Shown one piece after another: positions 9,442 through 17,174 of a stretch of DNA of 64,000 nucleotides. How positions within the stretch are numbered: position 1 is the first letter of the stretch; every line of letters begins with the position of its first letter. This stretch comes from an uncultured Clostridia bacterium (lineage in GTDB: Bacteria; Bacillota; Clostridia; Christensenellales; UBA1242). The notes beneath the pieces are model-generated. The model had not been told where the DNA came from. It searched no databases and saw nothing but the letters and a program-made list of their open reading frames with translations. The translations under genes were made by a program, and so were the position numbers. Location of the stretch: NCBI GenBank assembly GCA_947591785.1, contig CANQDK010000007.1, positions 4,986-68,985 of the forward strand, in the 5' to 3' direction.

Positions 9442-9517
9442 GGGTTGCTAGCTCAGTTGGTAGAGCATTCGACTCTTAATCGAAGGGTCCGGGGTTCGAG
9501 CCCCCGGCAACCCACCA
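9442..9517 (+). tRNA. tRNA-Lys (anticodon CTT), CCA encoded
   Basis: GGGTTGCTAGCTCAGTTGGTAGAGCATTCGACTCTTAATCGAAGGGTCCGGGGTTCGAGCCCCCGGCAACCCACCA. The cloverleaf folds by eye: 7-bp acceptor stem, anticodon loop CT-CTT-AA, T-loop GGTTCGAGCC. Confidence 0.9.
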
Positions 9518-9575
9518 TTTAAATTAAATCTTTAAATTATTTTCCTAAAAATAGAGTAAAGAGTCAACTGTCGCC

Positions 9576-10160
9576 GTGATTGATGACAATAATGATGTTA
9601 TTGGCTATTTCCAAACCTTTGCCATGAAAAAAGATTTTGAAGAGAGATACACAAAAGGCGAAGCTTCTTTCCATGAACTTGATGGAAGCAAATTGTTGGA
9701 TTATGGTCACAAATCAATCAATTTATATTTGTGGACAATTGCTATCAGAAAAGATTATCGCACTAAACCAATTCCTGACCCACAAAACCCAAATGAAACA
9801 ACTCGTGTTGTTCGCTTATTACATGAAGGACTTATAGATGCTTTAGTAGATTTAAAAAGACAAGGTTGTACAGTTGAATATGTATATGGAGAAGGGGTTT
9901 CAGATAAAGGAGTTGGCGTGGTTCAAAGATTCTGTGGTAAAGATTCTTTAATTCATGCTGATAAAGAAAATGCTTTTTATATGTATGGTAGTGAATTTAA
10001 TCCTGAATGTGAAGCTTTTAAACATTGTAAAAATGTCGATAAAATAATAAATGCCTATGGCAAAGAAAAACCTAGAGTTGTTTCATCTGAAAATTGTGAG
10101 GAGTTATATGATTCCTCAAATTTGAAAAATTTGCAAAAAACTAGTTTAACTAGGAGGTAA
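9576..10160 (+). CDS. hypothetical protein; 5'-truncated paralogue of the next gene (possible pseudogene), GNAT-like fold suspected
   Basis: GTG start with no convincing RBS, and the frame is open only 8 codons upstream. Residues DVIGYFQTF...SFHEL...INLYLWTIAIRK align with KVVAYSFYLF...SYFTL...INLFCLSDACL of 10163-10810. The first ~70 residues of the paralogue are missing. Confidence 0.4.
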   Translation: MIDDNNDVIGYFQTFAMKKDFEERYTKGEASFHELDGSKLLDYGHKSINLYLWTIAIRKDYRTKPIPDPQNPNETTRVVRLLHEGLIDALVDLKRQGCTVEYVYGEGVSDKGVGVVQRFCGKDSLIHADKENAFYMYGSEFNPECEAFKHCKNVDKIINAYGKEKPRVVSSENCEELYDSSNLKNLQKTSLTRR

Positions 10161-10162
10161 TT

Positions 10163-10810
10163 ATGGAAGACAAAACAATTCCAGAAAGAAAAGGGTTTCA
10201 TGGATTCGTTTGTTATTCAGGTAAAGATATTACCCCTAATATGCTTAAACAATGTTTTGAAATTGACAAAGATTTTTTTCAAGAGAAATATTTTTACAAT
10301 CAAGCAAAAGTGGAGCAGTGGTTAAAAAAATATAATGATATGTGTTCTGTATTGTATGACACAAAAACCCAAAAGGTTGTTGCATATTCTTTTTATTTGT
10401 TTATCTCTGACCAAACACTTGAATTATTCAAAACTAATAAGGTTTCATATTTTACTCTTGGCGAAGCAATGCTGGTAAAACCAAAAGAAAACGATAGAAT
10501 TAATTTATTTTGTTTGTCAGATGCATGCCTACCAAATTGGGGTTTAGCAGAAATGCATAGAGTGATGAATGAACATAATGTATATAACCTATATGAATTG
10601 GCTAAGAACAGAAAAGTTAAAGTTAAAAATGTTTGTATTGATGCAGTATGTGATTATGATAACATTTTGAAAAATCAATTCCATATTGATAATTTTGTTG
10701 AAACACAACATGGCTCTAGGTTTTATTGGGGGAAATTTGACCCAGAAAAGATTTGGACTTATTGTATGTATTCACCTTCCCTGATAACTGAGTATAAAAA
10801 ACTTTATTAA
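10163..10810 (+). CDS. hypothetical protein, acetyltransferase(GNAT)-like fold suspected
   Basis: 215 aa with a strong RBS (AGGAGGTAATT-ATG). The beta-alpha pattern resembles GNAT, but the Q/RxxGxG/A acetyl-CoA loop is not recognisable. Confidence 0.6.
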   Translation: MEDKTIPERKGFHGFVCYSGKDITPNMLKQCFEIDKDFFQEKYFYNQAKVEQWLKKYNDMCSVLYDTKTQKVVAYSFYLFISDQTLELFKTNKVSYFTLGEAMLVKPKENDRINLFCLSDACLPNWGLAEMHRVMNEHNVYNLYELAKNRKVKVKNVCIDAVCDYDNILKNQFHIDNFVETQHGSRFYWGKFDPEKIWTYCMYSPSLITEYKKLY

Positions 10811-10897
10811 AATAAAAAATTAATTAAATTTTATTTACAATTTATTTAAACATCTAAAACGACTCAAATAAAACTTAAATAATATTATTAAATAAAA

Positions 10898-10920
10898 AAG
10901 GCTTGCAATTTGCAAACCTT
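10898..10920. terminator. rho-independent terminator between convergent genes
   Basis: AAGGCTTGCAA-T-TTGCAAACCTT (one mismatch), with A-run and T-run flanks. Confidence 0.5.
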
Positions 10921-10939
10921 TTTATTGTTTTTTTATGCT

Positions 10940-11587
10940 TTATTTAAATTCATACAGTTTTGAAGGTTTTCTTCCAGTCTTTTCTTCATATAAGCCAGTA
11001 TCTTTAATGATTTCTCTTTGCAAGAGATATTTTCTAAAATTTCTTCTGTCAATCTGTTTGCCTAATATACTCTCATAAGCCTTATGTAAACTTGGCAGAG
11101 TAAAATTTTTTGGAAATAAATTTTTTAAAATATCGCTATCAAATATTTTTTGTCTTAAAACTTCAATAGATTTAGCTAAAATTTCGTCGTGGTCATAGCC
11201 AAGTGGAGGAACACGGTCAATAGAAAACCAGTCAGCATCTTCGGTCTTTTCTGTTTCTTTGAGATATTTCACTCGATTTATGTCAATAACCCCAATATAA
11301 GAAATTGCAATCATTCGACAAACAGGACTTCTGTCTGGACGAGAAAAGACTCCACATTGTTCAAATACCACATTTTTTATTCGGGTTTTCTCATACAATT
11401 CTCGTTTCATAGCCGTGTCAACATCTTCGTTGTTATAACAAGCACCTCCTATCAAAATCCATTTCTTCTTGAATGGAGGATTTTTCCTTTTTATCAAAAA
11501 TACTTTAAATATACCATCTTCCACTGTGAAAAGTGATAAAACAACATGAATTCCCTGATTTTTGTAAAGCGGATTATTTATTTGCAT
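10940..11587 (-). CDS. NrtR-like regulator (degenerate Nudix domain + C-terminal winged-helix)
   Basis: Nudix-like GGACYNNEDVDTAMKRELYEKTRI, with EE->EK and G->R substitutions in the box. The C-terminus D.RNFRKYLL...GRKPSKLYEF is typical of the NrtR wHTH. The start is set at MQINNP, preceded by GGAGGG. The ORF track starts 6 codons earlier. Confidence 0.7.
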   Translation of the reverse strand: MQINNPLYKNQGIHVVLSLFTVEDGIFKVFLIKRKNPPFKKKWILIGGACYNNEDVDTAMKRELYEKTRIKNVVFEQCGVFSRPDRSPVCRMIAISYIGVIDINRVKYLKETEKTEDADWFSIDRVPPLGYDHDEILAKSIEVLRQKIFDSDILKNLFPKNFTLPSLHKAYESILGKQIDRRNFRKYLLQREIIKDTGLYEEKTGRKPSKLYEFK

Positions 11588-11653
11588 AAATCCCTCCAAA
11601 TTCATTTTAGCACAAACCCAGCAGTTATCAAAACAAATTAACTATTTATTAAT

Positions 11654-12481
11654 CTATTTATTTCTTTCTATACCTTTATTTTTGCTATTCCCTTTATTAC
11701 TTTTCTTAATGTTTTCTTTATTATTTTTTCCTACTGTAAATTTCTTTTTCTCAATTTCCTTTTTTTGTTTCAAAATGCTCTCAGCTTTGTCTAAACCAAA
11801 TTTACTTGCAATCTTAACTAAGCAATTTTTAACAAACTTTTCATCATTCATAAACTCACTTTGAATCAAAAGGAAAGCATCAGCGTTTTTATCTACAGAA
11901 TTAATCCAATATTTTTTTCCAAATTCTGTTTTTAAAAATTCAACTTCTTTTAAATTTTTGCAATTACAAAAAACTTCATTGTTAAGTTTGGAAGGGTCAT
12001 AAACACTAAATTTATCGCCCTTAATTACAATTTTCTCCAAAGAATCGCAACCTATAAAACTGTCAGCGTAAAGCATATCAAATGATTCAGGTAAAACTAA
12101 AAAACGTAAACTTTTGCAACCATTGAAACCAGCATTATGCCCTAATGACTTAACACCTTCACTGAGATGAACTGACTCTAAAGCTGGACAATTGCTAATA
12201 TCTAGGTCATGTATTGTCCTTGGAATAGAAAGTGTTGTCAAATTTTTAAAATCACATATTCGAACACCTTTATGAATCCCATTTGGAAATTCAATTTCCC
12301 TAACCAAATCTTTAATTTTATCGAAAGCATTATCATTTATACAATCACTTTTAGTTAAGAACTCTGTATCAAAGATAAGTTTTCCATTTTTGTCAAGGTC
12401 TTCTGGCAAAAAATCGCCAATTTGTTCCTGAGTAGTACCCCCATCGAGCGAACTGAAATAAGATTTTGTTACAATTTTCAT
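11654..12481 (-). CDS. BspA-type leucine-rich-repeat protein with lysine-rich C-terminal tail, no signal peptide
   Basis: LRR_5-like units (LSIPRTIHDLDISNCPALESVHLSEGVKSLGHNAGFNGCKSLRFLVLPESF...FIGCDSLEKIVI...FCNCKNLKEVEF). The tail is KQKKEIEKKKF..KNNKENIKKSNKGNSKNKG. The start is chosen at the ATG preceded by GGAGGAA. The maximal ORF extends to 12508. Confidence 0.65.
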   Translation of the reverse strand: MKIVTKSYFSSLDGGTTQEQIGDFLPEDLDKNGKLIFDTEFLTKSDCINDNAFDKIKDLVREIEFPNGIHKGVRICDFKNLTTLSIPRTIHDLDISNCPALESVHLSEGVKSLGHNAGFNGCKSLRFLVLPESFDMLYADSFIGCDSLEKIVIKGDKFSVYDPSKLNNEVFCNCKNLKEVEFLKTEFGKKYWINSVDKNADAFLLIQSEFMNDEKFVKNCLVKIASKFGLDKAESILKQKKEIEKKKFTVGKNNKENIKKSNKGNSKNKGIERNK

Positions 12482-12670
12482 AAATTCCTCCATTTTTATA
12501 AGACTCATGTCCGGACTATGCGTCTTATATACGCAATTATAAGCGTATTTTTTACGCTTGTCAAGTATTTTTCAAAAAAAACTAAAAAAATCAAAAAACA
12601 AAAATTATGTAATTTACATTGCTATCATTTTTCTGCCAAAAATCTCTTCACAAAAATTTTTGCAAAAAAA

Positions 12671-12700
12671 GAACACAACATTAAGTTTTATGCTGTGTTC
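12671..12700 (-). terminator. terminator downstream of tRNA-Val
   Basis: 7-bp stem GAACACA/TGTGTTC with a 16-nt loop, followed on the minus strand by a T-run (plus-strand A-run at 12664-12670). Confidence 0.45.
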
Positions 12701-12711
12701 TCAAAATTTAT

Positions 12712-12787
12712 TGGTGGGAGTTATAGGGCTCGAACCTATGACCCTCTGCTTGTAAGGCAGGTACTCTACCAACTGAGCTAAACTCCC
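12712..12787 (-). tRNA. tRNA-Val (anticodon TAC), CCA encoded
   Basis: The reverse complement GGGAGTTTAGCTCAGTTGGTAGAGTACCTGCCTTACAAGCAGAGGGTCATAGGTTCGAGCCCTATAACTCCCACCA is nearly identical in its core to Bacillus tRNA-Val(UAC). Confidence 0.9.
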
Positions 12788-12800
12788 AATGCTCTCTAAG

Positions 12801-12828
12801 TTTATCACACTTAGAGAGTCCTTGTCAA
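12801..12828 (-). promoter_or_regulatory. putative promoter of tRNA-Val (TTGACA-16 nt-TGtGATAAA), overlapped by a 9-bp inverted repeat
   Basis: On the minus strand, TTGACA is at 12823-12828 and an extended -10 TGTGATAAA ends at 12801. The tRNA 5' end is at 12787. Confidence 0.4.
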
Positions 12829-12875
12829 CTGTTTTTTTAATAATTTTTAAGAAATTTTATATTTTTTTAAAAAAA

Positions 12876-12898
12876 GTGAAGTCTAATCAAGACTTCAC
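12876..12898 (-). terminator. rho-independent terminator after the 545-aa surface-protein gene
   Basis: Perfect 9-bp stem GTGAAGTCT-AATCA-AGACTTCAC with A/T runs on both sides. Confidence 0.6.
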
Positions 12899-12919
12899 CT
12901 TTTTTTTAATTAATCCTTA

Positions 12920-14557
12920 TTAGTCAACAGCAACGAATGTAAGAACCATTGAAGAAATTGTAAGAGTTTCTGTTTCATTGATTTCTACTGTCTTTATCAA
13001 TTCAGCAACGAAGTCAACCAATTTCTTATTCAACAAATCAGAATTAATATCAATTGTTTTTGTTGAACCATTAACAACAACTTTAATGGATTTCAATTCA
13101 ACATTATGCTGTGTTCTTGACCCCTCTTCTACACCTTTGAATGATGAAGAGTCTTCATATTGTAAAAGTTGTGCAAGAGTAAGTTCTTCTGTATTATAAG
13201 ATTCGCTAAGGCTCCAATTGAATTTGCTATTTCCTTTATAGATTTCAAGGTCAAAGTATGCTGCATCTGGGTCTGGATCTGTTGTAGCTCTTGCGGTTAC
13301 AGTTCCTTCAACAGTAAGTTTTGTGAAGTTTTTCTCTTCTTTAATTTTAAGAGCAACACTCTTTGTTTCTCTTGGGCTTTCAGCTGCAACTGTTGTAATT
13401 AAAGCACCAAGAGTTTGAGCTGCATCATCATTTTTGTTGTATTTATAATCTGTTCCATTATAATTGAAAATGCTATAAATGTGCCAGAACGTATAACCGT
13501 TTGTGTTTGTATATTTGTCTGAATCAACCCATTCTGCAAACACTTGTGTGTAATCGCTTTCAACTGTGAAATTAACTTCTTTATTGCCAGAGAATGTCAT
13601 CCATTCTGGAATTTCAAGAGTTGCTGTATATTCAATTGCTTCTTTATTAAGATATACATTTAATTCTGCTTCATCTGTGTTAACCTTATTTTCAGCAATC
13701 TTGTTCCCTTCTGCATCTTCCCAGAAATAAGTGTAACCATTATCAAGCTCGATATCATCAGTGATAATAGCATTAATAGCTTCAACTGACATAAGGGTAT
13801 GGTCTTTACCTTTTAGGATTTCTTCAGTGTAAACTTTTTTATCTTTGTTGACGAAGTAGTTTAAGTTAACTTTTGAAGCTTCTTGCCAAGGGTCGCTTAA
13901 AGCAACATCTCCGCCTTCTTGATTGAAAGTTGCACGAATAAATCTGTCTTCTGTTGATTCAAATTTCCAACCATTTGGATTAAAACGATACAACTGTCCA
14001 GAATATGTGCTTGAAAGGTCTTTCAAAACTGAGCCATAAATAACATCGTTAACAGTTTCAGTTTTTGGAGAACCACTTTGAGATTCTGGATTTTCATAAT
14101 ATGTGTATGTGATATTGAATTTATAAACTGAGTAAACTGCCAAATATGAGCCTTCTTCAGACATATTCACACTTAAAGTGTTCTCTTTGACAAGTTCTGC
14201 ATTCCCTTGTGTTGATGCAGTTTGATATTCAGCAAGAGTTCCTTTAAACCAGCCTTCAAATTTATAAGCATTTTCATTGTATTCCGCACTGATGCTGATT
14301 GTTTTTGAATGTCCCGCATTTATATCTTTTGATATATGATTTTTTCCTGCATAAGAAAATCCTGCAAAAAATTCTTCACCATTTTCATCTGGCAAATCTT
14401 GGTCGTTATGAGCATACATATTGTCGATAACATAAGTTGTGACTTTAATCTTATTGTCAATTGAATAATATGCTGCAAGAGTTATTCCAACCACCATAAG
14501 TGGAATAACAACGACAAGTGCACAAATAACTAAGATTTTTGAAAGTGTTCTTGACAT
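12920..14557 (-). CDS. N-terminally membrane-anchored surface protein with Flg_new-like (Listeria-Bacteroides repeat) elements
   Basis: 545 aa. RBS AGGAGG. TM segment ILVICALVVVIPLMVVGITLAAYY. Repeat-core-like motifs AYKFEGWFKG, NPNGWKFE, GYTYFWED and GYTFWHIY. Confidence 0.75.
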   Translation of the reverse strand: MSRTLSKILVICALVVVIPLMVVGITLAAYYSIDNKIKVTTYVIDNMYAHNDQDLPDENGEEFFAGFSYAGKNHISKDINAGHSKTISISAEYNENAYKFEGWFKGTLAEYQTASTQGNAELVKENTLSVNMSEEGSYLAVYSVYKFNITYTYYENPESQSGSPKTETVNDVIYGSVLKDLSSTYSGQLYRFNPNGWKFESTEDRFIRATFNQEGGDVALSDPWQEASKVNLNYFVNKDKKVYTEEILKGKDHTLMSVEAINAIITDDIELDNGYTYFWEDAEGNKIAENKVNTDEAELNVYLNKEAIEYTATLEIPEWMTFSGNKEVNFTVESDYTQVFAEWVDSDKYTNTNGYTFWHIYSIFNYNGTDYKYNKNDDAAQTLGALITTVAAESPRETKSVALKIKEEKNFTKLTVEGTVTARATTDPDPDAAYFDLEIYKGNSKFNWSLSESYNTEELTLAQLLQYEDSSSFKGVEEGSRTQHNVELKSIKVVVNGSTKTIDINSDLLNKKLVDFVAELIKTVEINETETLTISSMVLTFVAVD

Positions 14558-14720
14558 AAATTACCTCCTAAGATGCCTTTATTATATCACATCAGATTTT
14601 GGATTTCAAGACCTATTTCAAAAAATTTTTAAAAATTTTACTTTTTTTACTATTTTCCTCTGAAAAGTGAGATTCTTAGCACAAAAATGTCAATTTTACT
14701 CAAAAATTTTGCAATTTTTC

Positions 14721-15470
14721 CTAAATATCCATAATCATTTTGTCTGCAATAAGGGCAATAAGCTCACCATTTGTTGGTTTTTCATTTCTATTATATATCT
14801 TTAAACCAAAAATATTGTTAATATTTTCAATCTTTCCTCTATTCCAAGCAACCTCGATTGCATGACGCATACCCCTTTCAACTTTTGACGAACTTGTTTC
14901 AAAACGTTCAGCAATGGTTGGATATAATTTTTTCGTTATTGAACCAATAATTTCAGGTTTCTCAACAGCCAATTTTACGGCTTCCCTAAGGAATTGATAC
15001 CCTTTTATATGTGCTGGAATACCTATACTAATAAATATATTTGAAATTTTTTCATCAAGTTGTCTGTTTTCATTTTGGTGACGACCATCAGACAATATCT
15101 CATTGATTCTGTTTTCCAAATTTTCCGCAGAAACAGGTTTTGCCATGAAATAACTTGCTCCAGACTGTAATGCCTTTGTGACAAATCCAGTATGAGAAAG
15201 ATTTGAAACAAAAAACACTTTTGGCATTTGTGAGCCAAGTTCTTTAATTTTGTCAAGCACAGCGAATCCATCTAAATTTGCAAGCATAATCTCCATAACA
15301 AGCACATCAGGTTTCTTTTCAAGCACATCTTCAACAACCTTCTGTCCATCGAAACTTGCACCTAAGTAATTAAAATTTTCACTTTTTTCAAAATATTCAA
15401 TCAAATTATTCTCTTCTGTTGCATCTGCTATATAAATCTTTGGCAGATTTTGGTTTTTTGTATTTTCCAT
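14721..15470 (-). CDS. spo0A: Spo0A-family response regulator (atypical receiver domain)
   Basis: The C-terminal domain IGIPAHIKGYQFLREAV...GSITKKLYPTIAERFETSSSKVERGMRHAIEVAWNRG matches the Spo0A DNA-binding domain signature almost residue for residue. CheY-like receiver at the N-terminus. The start is set at MENTKNQ (RBS AAGGAGAAA). The ORF track starts 16 codons earlier. Confidence 0.9.
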   Translation of the reverse strand: MENTKNQNLPKIYIADATEENNLIEYFEKSENFNYLGASFDGQKVVEDVLEKKPDVLVMEIMLANLDGFAVLDKIKELGSQMPKVFFVSNLSHTGFVTKALQSGASYFMAKPVSAENLENRINEILSDGRHQNENRQLDEKISNIFISIGIPAHIKGYQFLREAVKLAVEKPEIIGSITKKLYPTIAERFETSSSKVERGMRHAIEVAWNRGKIENINNIFGLKIYNRNEKPTNGELIALIADKMIMDI

Positions 15471-15577
15471 TTTATTTCTCCTTTTATGTTGCTTTGCAAA
15501 ACAAAAAAATCTTACCATAAAGCCAACAAAACAATATAAAAGAAATATCTCCTATTCTGTCAATTTTAGTGAGAAAG

Positions 15578-15584
15578 TGTCGAA
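15578..15584 (+). promoter_or_regulatory. consensus Spo0A-binding 0A box TGTCGAA upstream of spo0A
   Basis: Exact 7-mer TGTCGAA about 108 nt upstream of the spo0A start. It lies ~15 nt upstream of a TTGACA -35-like hexamer (minus strand, 15558-15563). Confidence 0.3.
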
Positions 15585-15654
15585 TATACTCAAAAGGTTA
15601 AATTTGTCAGTGAATTTCAAAGAAAATTGTGTGACAGGGAGATAAAAATAAAAA

Positions 15655-15676
15655 AATAACACAAATTTGTGTTATT
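15655..15676 (-). terminator. terminator of the lipoprotein gene (overlaps its stop codon)
   Basis: AATAACACA-AATT-TGTGTTATT perfect 9-bp stem, followed on the minus strand by a T-run. Confidence 0.55.
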
Positions 15677-17174
15677 TTGAATGTCTTTTAGCAGATTTTG
15701 TCAAACCTAAAAGTTGATAGTTTTTGCTTGGCTCACTAACTTTTTTTATGCTTGCACGATAAAGATATTTTGTTGAATCAGGTTCTTCCGTTTCTTCATT
15801 TTCATCATTTTCTTCTTCATCACCCTCTTCTTTTGGCAATTCTTCAAGTTCACCATAGAAATATATGAATTCTCCATCAAACGCAAAAGAATTGTTTGAA
15901 GCTATTGCAGTCATTGAAACAATTGTTTCGCAATCAACCTCATTTCCAATTTTGCTGACATTAAAGAAATCATAAGGAAGACTTACTCTGTAAATTGAAG
16001 TGCTTGTGGAAATATATAATGTTCTTTCTTTTCCGTCAACAAAGAGTAGTGAGAAGTCTGTTTCTTCGCTTCCAGATGGAAAAACAAATTTTATTGTTCC
16101 ACTTTTTCCGTCAGCGGAAACATAATAAATTGTATTGTCAATCATAAACAAGTAGCCATAGAATTTACTTTCGCTTTCTATTCTATAAAATGTTGTGGCT
16201 TCTTGTGTTGTTTTTACAGAAAAATAACGACTTGCTGCATGTTCCGAGCCAAAGGATTCAGAATTTTCTTTCACTGAATATCTGCATAGCCATTGTTGTT
16301 CTTGAAATTTCTCTGAATAAAAAACATAATCTTTATCCCTTCCAAGAAGTGCAACTGAACTTTGTTGGTTATAAACAACCTCTGACTCACCACCTGAAAG
16401 TTTTACTCTCTTCACAATTGTCCCAGACAAACCTGATTCATTTGGGTCTGGTCTGTTGATTGCATAATAGATGTATCCATCAAAATTAAGGTCTTTTTCA
16501 CTGTGAATGTTTTTTTGATATGTTTTCTGTAAAGCAACACTTGTGACATCATTTTCTTTTTCAATCTCTTCAATTTTATTGTTTGAAAGATTGATTTTAA
16601 CAAGATTAGTTCCAGAATATATAACGAGATAGTAAACATTTTCACATTTAAGAACTTCACACTGAGAAACAGTTGCTGTTGATGTGTAAAGTTTCTGTTT
16701 TCCATCACCATTAAGCCCACTTTTATAGAAAGTTGTGTAATCATAATGATGTTCGGTTGTTTTCTTCCCATTTGAATCTGTTGTTGTTATCATCTGTGTG
16801 TTTGGTGTTGCATAATATATGCTCTGCCCCAAAACAAACATAAAATTGTTTTCATATCCAACAACACCACCAGAAACCTTTTCAACATCTGGAGAAAAAT
16901 TTCTGTCAAGATCTTTGCTGAAATTTTTTGTGTTAACACGTGCAAGATACGAGCTGCTTGAAGCGGAAGAATATTCGCTTTCACTTGTAACACTTTCAGC
17001 ATAAGCATTGCCAAAATAAAGATGGTCACCAACCATAACAGCACTGGTTCCATTCATAATAATTTCTTTTTCTAAATTTTTAATGTTTCCCACTGTTGCA
17101 CAACCAGTCAACACTCCTGCCATAACAAAGGCGAACAAAAAGGAAAAACATAAAATTTTTGTCCATTTCTTCAT
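15672..17174 (-). CDS. lipoprotein with repeated beta-propeller-like YY motifs (DUF5050-like)
   Basis: Signal peptide plus lipobox: MKKWTKILCFSFLFAFVMAGVLTG-C. Recurrent motifs DHLYFGN, SIYYATP, NVYYLVIY, GYIYYAINR, DYVFYSE, NTIYYVSADG, LYISTSTSIYRV and EFIYFYG. Acidic C-terminal stretch. ATG at 17174 is preceded by GGAG. Confidence 0.8.
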   Translation of the reverse strand: MKKWTKILCFSFLFAFVMAGVLTGCATVGNIKNLEKEIIMNGTSAVMVGDHLYFGNAYAESVTSESEYSSASSSSYLARVNTKNFSKDLDRNFSPDVEKVSGGVVGYENNFMFVLGQSIYYATPNTQMITTTDSNGKKTTEHHYDYTTFYKSGLNGDGKQKLYTSTATVSQCEVLKCENVYYLVIYSGTNLVKINLSNNKIEEIEKENDVTSVALQKTYQKNIHSEKDLNFDGYIYYAINRPDPNESGLSGTIVKRVKLSGGESEVVYNQQSSVALLGRDKDYVFYSEKFQEQQWLCRYSVKENSESFGSEHAASRYFSVKTTQEATTFYRIESESKFYGYLFMIDNTIYYVSADGKSGTIKFVFPSGSEETDFSLLFVDGKERTLYISTSTSIYRVSLPYDFFNVSKIGNEVDCETIVSMTAIASNNSFAFDGEFIYFYGELEELPKEEGDEEENDENEETEEPDSTKYLYRASIKKVSEPSKNYQLLGLTKSAKRHSK

